64,000 nucleotides of DNA from an uncultured delta proteobacterium (GCA_963755715.1 CAVWLW010000009.1:17347-81346); one strand, 5' to 3'; positions 1 to 11,476 are shown, counted from the first letter of the stretch. Notes: generated by a model not told the origin, from the letters alone. Translations and numbers: made by a program.

Positions 1-377
1 TTGCTTCCGAGCACGGGAAAGAAGAACGACATGTACTCGTTGAAGATCACCGCGAGGAAAGCGATAGCTCCCGAAAACGTCACCAGAAACGACGACCATC
101 CGGAAAGAAAGCCCATCAACTTGCCGTACGCTTCCCGAATATAATTATAGTCGCCGCCGGCGTACGGTAGACTCGCCGAAAGCTCGGCACAACTCAGCGC
201 GCCCGTCAGAGCCAGCAAGCCGGCCAAGATCCAAACCAGAAGCACGCCTCCCGGCGATAGCACTTGAGCAGCGATGACCCCCGTCGAAATGAATATTCCA
301 GTGCCGATCATATCGCCGGAGATCAACATGACGGCGTCGAATAAACCGATTTGTCGTTTGAGCTCTGTCTGCGCCAT
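1..377 (-). CDS. APC family amino acid permease (5' part; runs off the window)
   Basis: Manual translation MAQTELKRQIGLFDAVMLISGDMIGTGIFISTG...ALSCAELSASLPYAGGDYNYIREAYG shows the APC TM1 G(T/S)GIF and AEL...P.AGG.Y motifs. Not in the ORF track. Confidence 0.85.
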   Translation of the reverse strand, partial: MAQTELKRQIGLFDAVMLISGDMIGTGIFISTGVIAAQVLSPGGVLLVWILAGLLALTGALSCAELSASLPYAGGDYNYIREAYGKLMGFLSGWSSFLVTFSGAIAFLAVIFNEYMSFFFPVLGS

Positions 378-521
378 AGCGCCTACCAATACAGGGAAAT
401 GAGAAGTCAGGCAACTTATTTACGGGCGCAGCAACGACTTTGCCGCGCAATTGGAACGGGGGAAAAATGTGATAGCTTTTAACCGGCCCTCACTGAAATA
501 GCCCTCAGGAGGAATCGTCTC

Positions 522-1186
522 ATGATCCGTGTCTTTCTCGTCGCGCTGATTTTGTCTCCCGCTTTTCTCTGGGCTCAAGACGCCGTCAAACGCGATGAAC
601 ACCAGATGCACGGCCTGCACAACGATCCGAAGGCATACATCGGGTCTCTCGAAGATCCCAAGCGCGACGCCTATCAGAAACCGCACGAAGTCTTGACTGC
701 ATTGAATCTTAAGCCGGCGAAGTCATCGCCGACATCGGCGCCGGCTCCGGTTATTTTACTTTCCGTCTTTCGCACTTTGTCGGCGCCAAAGGCAAAGTCT
801 ACGCTGTCGACGTCAGCCCCGACATGATTTTGCATATCAACCGGCGCATCCGCGCATTGAAAGCAACGAACGTCGTCTCCATCCTCGCCGATCCGGACGA
901 TCCATTGCTGCCGGATCGATCCGTGAACCGGTTTTTCTTCAGCGACTCCTGGCACCATATCGAGAACCAGACGAAGTATCTGGCACTGATGAAGAAGATG
1001 TTAAAGCCGGGCGGCGAAATCGTCATGATCGACTTTCACAAAAAGGAATCTCCGATAGGTCCGCCGCTACAAATGAGAATCGCCCGCGAAGATTTGATCA
1101 AACAGATGGAGGCCAACGGCTTTCGGCTCGCCAAGGAACACTCATTTTTGCCGTATCAATATTTTCTCCTGTTCGCGCCCAAGTAA
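522..1186 (+). CDS. Class I SAM-dependent methyltransferase with signal peptide (frameshift at ~716)
   Basis: Joining ORFs 522..827 and 824..1186 through the intervening frame gives LKPGEVIADIGAGSGYFT...VYAVDVSPDM...LKPGGEIVMIDF. GGAGG RBS upstream. Confidence 0.85.
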
Positions 1187-1458
1187 TCGCGCGCCTAGTC
1201 CTGCGCTGCGAGACGACGAAGCGCGCAAACTTCTAGCGCTGGTACGGGGTCGACGAAAAAGGTCACGCTCGTTCCAAGAGCGCGATCTTCGCGCGGCTTC
1301 GCTACTTTTTCGATAGCAGCAACCTCCCTGGCAGTGCGTTCACCAATCCCGGTCGGGTCTCTGAAAAATCCCTCCTATGGGGTTTGACGCCACCGGTGCC
1401 ACAAGGACTACAATCCCTAGCGCGATTAGTGTTCCAAAAAAATAATTGGAGGTGTGTT

Positions 1459-2004
1459 ATGAAAAGCTATTTATGGGTTGCCAGTCTCGCGTTAGTTGCC
1501 TTTGTGATTCTTGTCGCGTCGGCGCTAGCAGATGATGAACGAGACACCTTGGTCAGATTCAAGGGAGGTATCGGAGTAATTCCGGTGTCAAGCGGCGTCG
1601 GTACAGCGACCACCGCTACGACTGTGAACCGGAACATCGTCCGTACCATCCAACCGCCCGGTCAGCTCTGGACGATCAGAGACCTGGATACCAAGATAAA
1701 AAAGAATGGGGACATCAAGGTCGAAGGAAAGGGACTTGTTTTGGCTGGCGGCAATGGTATCGGAAGCCCACCGGCTAACCCGACGCGCGTGTTTGCCACC
1801 CTGATCTGTGAAGCCGCGGCCCCGTTTATTGAGCACAGCACCACCCTCGCCGGTGTCCTGCTCGCGCCCAACGGCGACTTCAAAATCGACGACGTGCTGG
1901 TGCCGATGCCGGATGGCTGCGCGAGCCCCGTGCTCCTGATTCGCACCGCGGGCGGCGGCAATTGGTTCGCCGCCGGAATACTCGTCCCCGGCAAATCCGA
2001 CTGA
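1459..2004 (+). CDS. Secreted hypothetical protein
   Basis: GGAGG RBS; signal peptide MKSYLWVASLALVAFVILVASALA; beta-rich Gly-rich mature part with two Cys. Confidence 0.75.
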   Translation: MKSYLWVASLALVAFVILVASALADDERDTLVRFKGGIGVIPVSSGVGTATTATTVNRNIVRTIQPPGQLWTIRDLDTKIKKNGDIKVEGKGLVLAGGNGIGSPPANPTRVFATLICEAAAPFIEHSTTLAGVLLAPNGDFKIDDVLVPMPDGCASPVLLIRTAGGGNWFAAGILVPGKSD

Positions 2005-2093
2005 GATTTGTGTAGGGACCAAGAAACCCTTCTGGCGCCAGCTCAAATGCTTGCAAGCACGCGAGCTGGCGGCCCTGTTCTGTCGAGTTGCGC

Positions 2094-3186
2094 CTAGAGT
2101 CGATAAAACTCGACGGCGTTGTTTTGTAAGATTGCGTTCTTATCCTCCTCTGACAGTTCATCGTTCTCGATCAATTCATCCAACTCTTTTCTACAGGTCG
2201 CGGCATTCACCTCATGCGGAAAATCTGTGGAATACATGAACGGCTCGGTTGCCGACCATTTTAACTGCCGTCGCGATGAGCGGCTCGCCGCCTTCGCAGC
2301 CGATGAAGATTCTGCGCGCCTTCACATGCCGGATGATATAGTCGCTGATTTTTTCGCCGGGTTGGAGCTTTAGATATTGTCCGCGAAGATCGCGCATCAC
2401 ATGTGTATCGTAGGACCGGTCGAAGCGTTCGAGGCAAAACAGAAACCAAGCCACGCCGCCTTCGAGGAAGCCGAATCTAATTTTCGGAAATCTTTCCAAC
2501 ACGCCGTTGAAAACGATCGACGCCAGCGAAATCATCTGGCCTAGGGGATGGCCGATCGCATGCACAGCGGCGTAAGGATCAAGCCCGTCCATTCCCATAT
2601 TGCCGTGAATGCCGCCGTGGATCGCCACGCAGCAGCTCAGCTCGTTCGCTGCCTCGTAAACTGGAAAGTACGTCGGCGTACCGAGCGGAGGCCCGTGCAG
2701 ACTATTCGAAGGAATCACCGCACCGCACATGCCAAGCTTTGTCACCGCGCGGTGCAGTTCTTCTGCAGCGACCTGCGGATTCAACGCCGCTTGCGGCAAC
2801 AACGCCAAGCCATGAAAACGCGGGCTGTGTTTCAAGTAAGTATCGTGCAACCAATCGTTGTAGGCGCGCGTCGCATCGATGGCCCAATCGGGGTTGACGA
2901 TATTCGATGACGCCACGCCCGCAGTCGGATAAAGCACCGTCGCTTCGACGCCAACCTCGTCTAAAAAAGCCAGCCATTCCTTCGGCCCGACCTTGCGGTT
3001 GAAAGCACCGGTGGGCATGTCGACCAGGTGCGCCGCATGCAAATGATCGAACGGCGGAAACGGATTGAACGGCTGCATGCGCGCTTTTTCGCGATAGGCT
3101 TCCGGCATATGCGCGATGATCGCCTGCGCGTCTTCCGCGATGTGGCCGTCGGCATCGATGATTCGCTTTGTAATATTCGATGTCAT
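2094..3186 (-). CDS. Amidohydrolase_2 family protein (frameshift at ~2245)
   Basis: IIDADGHIAE, VLYPT, AYNDWL, AIHGG and FLEGG motifs. The C-terminus MYSTDFPHE...NNAVEFYRL* is in another frame. Confidence 0.88.
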
Positions 3187-3316
3187 TACGAGACCTCCAT
3201 GCTAAGCGTCAATTCTCGAATAGCAAATCTAGCAACCTTCGAGCAATACGATTCGGTTTGCCTTCCGCTCATACCGCATCGTATAGAACGAAACGGGTAG
3301 AGTCGGAGGTGTCTTC

Positions 3317-4249
3317 ATGAAAATCATGGTCGTCGGCAGCAGCGGATATATCGGCCGGCATGTTGTGAAAGGATTGGCCGCTCGAGGCGCGCAGGTCGTC
3401 GGCTTCGATTTAGTCCGCGCGAGTCGCGAGGCGAGCGCAACCGGTGTGCCGTCAATCCAGGGAAACATGGCGAACCTTGAAGAAGTCATGGCCGCGATCG
3501 TCGATCACGGCATCGAGCGGATCGTCGCCCTCGGCTATTTCATGACGCCGCTGCTCGCGCCCGAATGCCGCGATCTTCTCAACGCCGCGCGCGTGAACAT
3601 CATGGGCGTAACGAATCTCTTCGAGGCCGCACGGCTGGCGCGCCTCCAACGCGTCGTCTTCGCCAGCACGGTCGGAATCTTTGGCTACCAGGACGGCTAC
3701 GGCGATGAATCGATCAATGAGAACACCGAGCCGCGCGCGCCGAAAAACCTTTACGGTCTCATGAAGCTTCTCAACAATGGTATGGCCGAGCGTTACAGCA
3801 AAACATTCGGCATCCGGATCGTCAAGGTTCACTCAGCGGCGGTCATCGGTCCCGGCAACACCGCTTTCTCCCGCCGAATGATTCAAGATCCCGCGCTCGG
3901 CAAACCCGGCTTCGCCAACTGGCCGTCATCCGGACCGCGCAACATCGTCGGCGTCGCCGACATCGCCCAGCTCTACACAAAGCTGGCGCTCGCCGACGAG
4001 GTCAAACACGACACGTACATGGGCACCGGGCCGTCGCCCACGGGCAGAGAGATTGCGGACATCGTGAAAAAATATCTACCCAATGCGCAAATCACTTTCG
4101 ACGAAAACGCCCGAGTGCCCGCCTGGAACTTCGACAATTCCCGGGCCGTCAACGAGTTCGACTGGAAGATTCAGTCGGTGGAAGAAATGGTGTTAGATGA
4201 GATCAATGGAACTAGAGAAGCGGCGGGATTGCCGGCGGCTCGGATCTAA
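3317..4249 (+). CDS. NAD-dependent epimerase/dehydratase (extended SDR)
   Basis: GSSGYIG Rossmann motif; FASTVG; YGLMK (YxxxK). Confidence 0.88.
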   Translation: MKIMVVGSSGYIGRHVVKGLAARGAQVVGFDLVRASREASATGVPSIQGNMANLEEVMAAIVDHGIERIVALGYFMTPLLAPECRDLLNAARVNIMGVTNLFEAARLARLQRVVFASTVGIFGYQDGYGDESINENTEPRAPKNLYGLMKLLNNGMAERYSKTFGIRIVKVHSAAVIGPGNTAFSRRMIQDPALGKPGFANWPSSGPRNIVGVADIAQLYTKLALADEVKHDTYMGTGPSPTGREIADIVKKYLPNAQITFDENARVPAWNFDNSRAVNEFDWKIQSVEEMVLDEINGTREAAGLPAARI

Positions 4250-4388
4250 ATTACCTGTCCACCTCTTAGCCAGCGCACAATAGTTATACAAAGCTAACAA
4301 CCCGCCGCCTAAGCCGAGACGACTAGACCCAAGACGCGAGACGACACCGTGTTTGCATTCACCCGAAGTTGAGATAAAAAAGTAGCCC

Positions 4389-5049
4389 ATGAATTGGCAA
4401 GACCCCGTTGACTTCGAGGCCGGCAACCACGGCAACAAACCCTTCTCGATTCGAATCCCCGCTCTCGTCGTCACCCGGGGGAAAAACGACCGTTTGAATT
4501 TTCTCACCGCCATGTGGTTTACGCCGACCGGCGCCGAGCCGTCGCGCATGGTCGTGGCGATACAGAAAAGAACTCTGACTTATGATTATCTGCTCGAGCG
4601 CGGCGAGTTCGTCATGAGCGCTCCGACCGATAAAATGATGGACATCGTCGTTTTCGGCGGCTATGTTTCGGGCCGCGATGTTGATAAGTGGCAAGCCGCC
4701 GGACTAACGGCCGTGCGGCCATCGAAAATTTCCGTGCCGCTGATCGGCGAGGCCATCGGCAACGTCGAATACAAAGTCGCGCGCCAGATTCCCTTTGACG
4801 ACGGCATGGATCTGTTCGTCGGCGAAGTATTGGCGACGCATATCCGCAAGGGCGTCATGGACGGCGAACTTTACCGTGCGGATGCGAATCCGCTCCTCTA
4901 CATGGGAACGAAATACGAACTCTGAAGGCAAATCCCAGGGCAAATACTACGCTCACTTGAGCGGCATCGGACCGGCGAATTATGATTCGCCGCTGCTAAA
5001 GCAATACCTCTCTCAACCGAAAAAACGAGACTCTGGAAGGAAGGAATAA
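4389..5049 (+). CDS. Flavin reductase-like (DIM6/NTAB) family protein (possible frameshift at ~4920)
   Basis: PALVVT, VVFGGYVSGRDVDKW, VPLIGEAIGNVEYKV and DLFVGEVLA motifs. The ORF stops at 4925, with a plausible tail to 5049 in another frame. Confidence 0.8.
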
Positions 5050-5055
5050 CTGGCT

Positions 5056-6221
5056 ATGATCGCCAATACGCGTTTCTTGCTGGCCGTGTTCGTCGTAGTA
5101 CTGCTGCATTCTCAGCCGAATTTGTCCAACGCGGCTTCCGCTCCTTTGCCAAAGTCGACGGAGGAAATACTCAAGAAACTGAAGCTCGATGCCAGCACGT
5201 TCTGGCCAACATCGACAAGGAGCTAGAAGTACCCAAAGCGTGGCTCGACGGCGCGCGCAAAGAAGGCAAGCTGCGCATCTTCTCGACTTTCGACCCAGGG
5301 CAGATGGAAGTTCTCGCGCGGCCTTTCAAAGAACGCTATCCGTTCATCAATATCGAATACTCGCGCGCCAGCCACGAGGACCGCGCGGTGCGCACGCTGG
5401 TCGCCTACAAGAATAAAAAGATCGTCACCGACATCATCACCGGACTGGGTGGTAGCTATTTCATGTATAAGGAGATCGGCGCCCTCGATGATCTGCGCGC
5501 CATCCCGAATCTCAAGAATAATCCGCGCGAAACCGTCGACCCGGAAGGATTATGGGTCGGCATGCACATGCGCTACTGGTGCATGGCTTACAACACCAAG
5601 CAGTTCAAGAAAGAAGACATGCCCAAGCGCTGGGACGATATATTGACCAATCCGAAGTTTCGCAACGGCAATCTGGCGCTCGGCAATCGGCCGCAACTCT
5701 GGGCGCTTAGTTTATGGAAGGCCAACGGCGAAAAATGGGCGAAGGACTTCCTCGCCAAGCTGCTCAACGACGTCAAACCGCAACTGCGCCGCGAGGGGAT
5801 GAACGCTATGCTGGAGCTCACCGCTGCCGGTGAATTCTACGCCAGCATACCTTCTGCGGAATACCGCACCTACCAAAAACAAATCGAGGGCGCGCCGGTC
5901 AGCTACCATTGTCCTGAGCCGGTACCGGTGGCGGTTTCCGAAATGGGGATTCTCAAAGGCGCGCCGAATATCAATGCCGCGCGAGTATTCGTCAACTGGT
6001 TCCTCAGCAAAGAAGGGCAAATCGCTCAATACGTCGCCGACTACGCACCGCCGGTGCACAAAGAATTGCAGCGCCGGGAGTTTGTTCCCTTCGCCGACGA
6101 AATCCTGGGGAAGAAAGACGCCTTCCGAGATCCCGCCATCGAGGTCGAAATTCAGCCGAAGCTTTTGGCCTATTGGGACGAGCTTTGGCTCAAGAGCGGC
6201 GGCAGACGGCGAGGACGATGA
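5056..6221 (+). CDS. ABC transporter extracellular solute-binding protein, AfuA/Fe3+-like (frameshift at ~5198)
   Basis: Signal peptide; GARKEGKLRIFS, FKERYPFI, MAYNTK, PKRWDDI, APNINAARVFVNWFLSKEGQ. Confidence 0.88.
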
Positions 6222-6338
6222 GAAAGGGATAAAGGCGAAAGGATGAAGGATAAATTCGGATGCCGTTGCGGCGTTCGTCGCTCTGATAATTTCCTTTTCA
6301 TCTTTTTTATCCTTTATCCCTTATCCTTTATCCTTTAG
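6222..6338. repeat. Palindromic intergenic element built from 7-nt AAAGGAT / ATCCTTT units
   Basis: Left arm gaaagggataaaggcgaaaggatgaaggataaa; right arm tttcatcttttttatcctttatcccttatcctttatccttt. Confidence 0.75.
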
Positions 6339-6341
6339 TCT

Positions 6342-8060
6342 ATGTTTTCGCTCCGCCCCACTCTCTGGCACCACGGAATTTTTTTTCTGGTCTTGGGCCT
6401 GGTCAGCCTGCCGCTCGGTTTTCTTATCTTGGGAAGCTTCAGCACCGCCAGATTGCCGGGCGATTTTTCTCTCGACACGATGGGCCTGGTGAACTACATC
6501 AAAGTTTACACCGACCCGGGCACCTACGAGCTTTTTACCAACACCTGCATTTACGTCGGCGGCAGCGTTCTGCTCGGCATCAGCATGGCCGTGACTCTCG
6601 CATGGCTCGTCGAACGCACCAACATGCCGGGAAAAATTTGGATTTACGCGGGCGTGCCGATGACCCTCGCCGTGCCGGGCATGCTGCAAGCAATGGCATG
6701 GGTGATTCTCTTGAGCCCGCGCATCGGCTTTATTAACAAATCGCTACAAGGTCTTTTTGATCTGTCCGAACCGCCCATCGATATTTACTCGCTTGGCGGC
6801 ATGGTTTTTCTCGAAGGGTTGCGTCTTGTGCCCACGGCGTTCTTGATGCTGGTGCCGCTGATGCGCGGCATGGACCCGTCGTTGGAAGAAGCCGCGGCGG
6901 TGTCGGGAGCGCGACCGTTTTCGACCCTGCGCAAGGTCACGCTGCGACTGCTCGCGCCCGGATTGGTCGCCGTGATGATCTATCAAGCGATGACGGCGCT
7001 GGAAGTTTTCGAGATCCCGGGAATCTTGGGTCTTCCCGCCGGCATCCACGTTTTCAGCACAAAAATCTATGCGATCGTGCGCAGCGCCACGTTTCTACCC
7101 GTGTACGGTCAAGCGAATGCCTTGGCGATGGTCTACCTGTTCATCGCCGTCATCACGACTTTCTTTTACACGCGGCTTATCAGCCGTGGGGAACGTTTTA
7201 CGATCATCACCGGCAAAGCGTATCGACCGCGCCAAATCGATTTGGGTCAGTGGCGCTTTCTGGCCCTCGGTTTCGTCATGCTCTATTTGTTTCTCGCCAT
7301 CGTGCTGCCGTTCTTGGCCTTCACCTACGCGTCGTTTCTCGCCTTCTTGCAGCCGCCGTCGTTGGCGGCATTCAAAGGTTTCACGCTGAAGAACTATCGG
7401 TTCTTGGCCCAGTACGGTGAAGTCGCTTCGGCCTTGAAAAACACCGTCGTCATGGTCGTGGTCACGGCGACGATGACGGTCGCGCTGTCTTTTTTCGTTT
7501 CGCTGGTGATCGTGCGCAGCAAATTCTGGGGGCGGAAACTGCTCGATCAACTGGCCTTCATGCCGCACGCGATTCCCGGCATCGTGCTCGGCATCGCTTT
7601 TTTCTGGGTCTTTTTGAAAATCGACTTCCTGCCGATTTACGGCACGGTCTGGGCGATATCGATCGGCTTCACCGTTAGTTTTCTCTCCTACGGCACTCGT
7701 TCGATGAGCGCGTCGCTCTTGCAGGTGCACAAAGAGCTGGAAGAAGCCGCCTATGTCAGCGGCGCTCGCCCTTGGCGCACGATGCGGCGCGTTTTTCTGC
7801 CGTTGATGATGCCGACCCTTGTCGGCATCTGGATCTGGGTGGTATTGCACGCCGTGCGCATCGCTGGACTGCCGCTGATTCTTTACGAAGGACAACAGAA
7901 TCAAGTGTTGTCGATTCTGATTTGGAATATGTGGGACGAAGGCTATGTCCCGGCGGTCGCGGCCATCGGCACGCTCTTGATGTCGACGCTGTTGCTTTTA
8001 ACCTTGCTGGTTCGCTACGTTGGTTTCCGCCGTCAATGGATCCAGCCGCCAGCGGTATGA
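6342..8060 (+). CDS. ABC transporter permease, AfuB/FbpB-like (two EAA loops)
   Basis: 572-aa polytopic protein with MDPSLEEAAAVSGA and HKELEEAAYVSGA. Confidence 0.93.
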   Translation: MFSLRPTLWHHGIFFLVLGLVSLPLGFLILGSFSTARLPGDFSLDTMGLVNYIKVYTDPGTYELFTNTCIYVGGSVLLGISMAVTLAWLVERTNMPGKIWIYAGVPMTLAVPGMLQAMAWVILLSPRIGFINKSLQGLFDLSEPPIDIYSLGGMVFLEGLRLVPTAFLMLVPLMRGMDPSLEEAAAVSGARPFSTLRKVTLRLLAPGLVAVMIYQAMTALEVFEIPGILGLPAGIHVFSTKIYAIVRSATFLPVYGQANALAMVYLFIAVITTFFYTRLISRGERFTIITGKAYRPRQIDLGQWRFLALGFVMLYLFLAIVLPFLAFTYASFLAFLQPPSLAAFKGFTLKNYRFLAQYGEVASALKNTVVMVVVTATMTVALSFFVSLVIVRSKFWGRKLLDQLAFMPHAIPGIVLGIAFFWVFLKIDFLPIYGTVWAISIGFTVSFLSYGTRSMSASLLQVHKELEEAAYVSGARPWRTMRRVFLPLMMPTLVGIWIWVVLHAVRIAGLPLILYEGQQNQVLSILIWNMWDEGYVPAVAAIGTLLMSTLLLLTLLVRYVGFRRQWIQPPAV

Positions 8061-9169
8061 TTCGCATAAAGAACTTGCATGTGTTTTACCAAACCGAGCG
8101 CGGCCCGGTGCACGCCGTGCGTGGCATCGATGTCGACATTCAGCAGGGCCAGTTTTTTACCCTGCTCGGCCCGAGCGGCTGCGGCAAAACCACGACCTTG
8201 CGCTCGGTCGCGGGCTTAGAGACGCCGGAACAAGGACAAATTTTCGTCGGCGACGATCTGGTCTTTTCTTCGACCGAGAAAACTTTCGTGCCGCCCTATG
8301 ATCGAGACATCGGCATGGTGTTTCAGTCCTACGCGATTTGGCCGCACTTGAATGTCTTCGAGAACGTGGCGTTTCCCCTGCGCGAGATGAGACATAAGTT
8401 CTCGCGCCAGCAAATACGCGATAAGGTCGCGCACGCTTTGGCGCTCGTCCAACTCGAAGGCTTGGCCGATCGCCCGGCGCCTTTCCTGAGCGGCGGGCAG
8501 CAGCAGCGTCTCGCCCTGGCGCGGGCGATCGTCAAAGAACCGCGCGTCTTGCTGCTCGACGAGCCGCTCAGCAACTTGGATGCAAAGCTGCGCGAGGAAA
8601 CCCGCTTCGAGCTGCGCGAACTGGTCAAGCGGCTGGGCATCACGACTCTTTACGTCACCCACGATCAGTTGGAAGCGTTGACCATGTCCGATACCGTCGC
8701 GATCATGGATCAGGGCCGGATCGTTCAACAGGGCACGCCCGTGGAAATCTACCAGGCGCCGCGAGAAAAGTTTGTTGCCAATTTCATCGGCCTGACCAAT
8801 TTTCTTGAGGGCCAGGTTGACAGCGCCGTGGCCGGTGTCGCCGGCATCGGCGCAGTGATGACGGCGAGCGGCAAATTGCATTGCGTGCTGCCGGACGGTA
8901 TGGCTCCCGGCGAGAAGGTCATCGTCGTCATTCGGCCGGAGGATATCAATATCGTCGCCGAGGCCATACCCGCGGCAGGTAACGTCTTGCAGGGCAAAGT
9001 CGATGCGCTGATATTCATGGGCGACGCCTTGGAATGCCAGTTGTCCGTCGGCGCGCAAAAGATCCGCACCAAACTCCATCCGGCTTCGCCCGTTCGACAA
9101 GGGCAAACAGTGCTGCTGCAGTTGCCGGCTGAGAGTTGCCGCGCGCTGCGGAGCTCTGAAAAAGTATAG
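8057..9169 (+). CDS. ABC transporter ATP-binding protein, AfuC/PotA-like with TOBE domain
   Basis: GPSGCGKTT, LSGGQQQR, LLLDEPLSNLD, YVTHDQ. ATGA overlap with the permease stop. Confidence 0.94.
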   Translation: MIRIKNLHVFYQTERGPVHAVRGIDVDIQQGQFFTLLGPSGCGKTTTLRSVAGLETPEQGQIFVGDDLVFSSTEKTFVPPYDRDIGMVFQSYAIWPHLNVFENVAFPLREMRHKFSRQQIRDKVAHALALVQLEGLADRPAPFLSGGQQQRLALARAIVKEPRVLLLDEPLSNLDAKLREETRFELRELVKRLGITTLYVTHDQLEALTMSDTVAIMDQGRIVQQGTPVEIYQAPREKFVANFIGLTNFLEGQVDSAVAGVAGIGAVMTASGKLHCVLPDGMAPGEKVIVVIRPEDINIVAEAIPAAGNVLQGKVDALIFMGDALECQLSVGAQKIRTKLHPASPVRQGQTVLLQLPAESCRALRSSEKV

Positions 9170-9188
9170 CCGTGAAGGAGCAAATCCA

Positions 9189-10175
9189 TTGACCGCGAGA
9201 AAAATCGCCATCGCATGTGTCCCATTAGTCTTATTCGTCCTATTCTGCTCGCCGGTGGCGCATAGCCAGGAGCGCGAAAAGCTTCGCGTTAGCACGCTTT
9301 TCATTGGCTCGTCGCTCGTGCCCCTCTGGATCGCTCAGGAGCAGGGAATTTTCGCGCGCAACGGCGTCGATGTGGAATTGATCTGGATGCAGTCGACGCT
9401 TTCGACCACGGCGTTGCTCGCCGGTGAAGTCGACGTCATCTACGGCACGCCGCAGTCGATCTTATCGGTTTTGACCTCGAAAAATCCGCCGCCGCTGGTC
9501 ACGATCGCCGCGTGGGGTTCCGCTTCGGAGCACTGGTTGGTGGTCAATCCCGCGATCAAATCGGCGAAAGATCTCGAAGGAAAAGCCATCGGCATGAGCC
9601 GGCCGCGCTCGGCGGATCACGGCTATACGCTGGTCATTCTCGAACGGTTGGGCATCGACCCGCGCAAGGTGACGTTTCTCTCCACGGGCGGCCAAGCCAG
9701 CCGCGCGACGGCGGTGGAAGCGGGCACGACCGTGGGCAGCTCGTTCAATCGCTATTACATGCTGCAACTCAAGCGCAAAGGGTTTCGCGACTTGGCGCGG
9801 TTGGAACGACCCGACTATCCTTTCCCGCCGTCGATCTTTGTCGTCAGGAAAGACACGCTGCAGAGCAAACGCAAAGGGCTCAAATCGATGTTGCTCGCCA
9901 TGATGGAAGCGAGCGAGCGGCAAAAAACCAACAAAGAGCTTTCCCTGCAGCTCATCCGAAAAAATCTGCGTTTACAAAATCCCGAGGTTGTCGAGGCGGC
10001 GTACGAAGACGGCGTGACGATCAGTTATCCCTACTTCACCGAACAGCAGTTTCAGATATCGCTCGAATTACTTGGCAAGAGCATGGGGCAATCGGTGTCA
10101 TTGAATTACAAGCAAGTCGTTGATCACAGCTTGCTCGACGAAATCGGACGCCCGGGTATGAACCGACCGGGGTAA
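9189..10175 (+). CDS. ABC transporter substrate-binding protein, NMT1/SsuA/TauA-like
   Basis: Signal peptide; PLWIAQEQGIFARNGVDVEL, ALLAGEVD, IKSAKDLEGKAIG. Confidence 0.88.
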   Translation: MTARKIAIACVPLVLFVLFCSPVAHSQEREKLRVSTLFIGSSLVPLWIAQEQGIFARNGVDVELIWMQSTLSTTALLAGEVDVIYGTPQSILSVLTSKNPPPLVTIAAWGSASEHWLVVNPAIKSAKDLEGKAIGMSRPRSADHGYTLVILERLGIDPRKVTFLSTGGQASRATAVEAGTTVGSSFNRYYMLQLKRKGFRDLARLERPDYPFPPSIFVVRKDTLQSKRKGLKSMLLAMMEASERQKTNKELSLQLIRKNLRLQNPEVVEAAYEDGVTISYPYFTEQQFQISLELLGKSMGQSVSLNYKQVVDHSLLDEIGRPGMNRPG

Positions 10176-10246
10176 AATTTTGGAATGGCTGGTTGAATGC
10201 CCGTGAACATTGGTCGTGGTTCAATTTTGAATTCGATATCAGGTCC

Positions 10247-10273
10247 CGTAGGGGCGGACCTATGTGTCCGCCC
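10247..10273 (+). repeat. GTAG-type REP element
   Basis: cGTAGGGGCGGAC-ctatgt-GTCCGCCC hairpin; near-identical inverted copy at 52230-52256. Confidence 0.8.
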
Positions 10274-10380
10274 TAGCGAAATAGAACATCACCTACGGAC
10301 GTTCCGCCAATTGACAGCGCTCTTGCCGCTGAATAAAGTCCAGAGAATAATCAGCCGATCGATTGACGGAGACTTGTTGC

Positions 10381-11476
10381 ATGGATCGTAGATGGAAAAT
10401 CCTTTTACTCGCTTTTTTCTTCGTGAGCGCCTTAGGACGCACGAGTTTCGCCGCCGTCGCCGCGTCGCCAGAAGAGATCTGGCGATCTCTCGAAAAACTC
10501 ACTCCCTCCGAGCGAGATAAGAAGCTCATCGAAGGCGCCAAAAAAGAAGGCGAGATGGTCTGGTACACCAACTCCGGGATCGAAAATGCGACCCGTTACA
10601 TCCAGGCCTTCAGGAAAAACTTTCCCTTCATCAACGCCCAGGTGTGGCGCGCCAAGACGCGCCAGGTCACGCAACGCGCCATCTCCGAGGCGAATGCCGG
10701 CAAGTATCTGGTCGATGTCATCAAACCCTCGACCGATCTTCTGCCGCCGATGCTCGAAAAGAATCTGCTCGGCAAGTACGAAACGCCCATCCGTGCGATC
10801 TATCCGGCCCACGCAAAATCGGTCTATTATACCAGCATGAACTATGCGTTCCGCGTTTTTGGCTTCAACCCGCGCAAGATCAACCGCAAGGACGCGCCGA
10901 AAACCTGGGAAGAATTGCTGCAACCCAAATGGAAAGGTGAGATTCTCTTCGACGAATCCTCCCTCGAAGAAGTCATGGCCTTGCTCGGGGCCTGGGGCAA
11001 GGAAAAGACCGTGAATTACGCGACCAAGCTCAGCCAGCAGCAGCTCTTGATCCGCGTCGGCCGCGATACGACCACGCAGATGATGATGGCCGGCGAAGCG
11101 CCGTTGGCCGTGACGACCTACGCGTACAACAATGAAGGCTTGCGCGCGCAAAACGCGCCCGTCGATTGGATCGCCGAAGATCTGATTCCGGTGCTGCTGT
11201 ATCCGCTGACGATGGCGCGCAACGCGCCCCATCCGTACGCCGCCGCGCTGTTCTACGATTTTCTGCTCTCCGAAGAAGGCCAGCGGCTGATCGCCAAAGA
11301 AGGCCGCGTCGTCGGCCATCCCGAAGGTCGAGCCGATCTATCCGCGCATGAAGGAGTTGCAGAATTTTCTCGGCACGCCGCGCGTCCAGTTGAATACGCT
11401 GGAGCAAAATTACAAGCTTCTCAAAGACGGCATTCAAATCCTCGACGAGATCATCTTGAAGCGAAAATCGTCGTAG
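10381..11476 (+). CDS. Extracellular solute-binding protein, AfuA-like (frameshift at ~11322)
   Basis: LIEGAKKEGEMVWY, APKTWEELL, APHPYAAALFYDFLLSEEGQ. The true C-terminus ...ILDEIILKRKSS* is in another frame. Confidence 0.87.

Noticed and set aside
1190-1450. Riboswitch or ncRNA in the long intergenic gaps (also 22890-23045, 24565-24790, 26300-26630)
   Set aside because: I could not match any known conserved motif by eye; an Infernal/Rfam scan would be needed.
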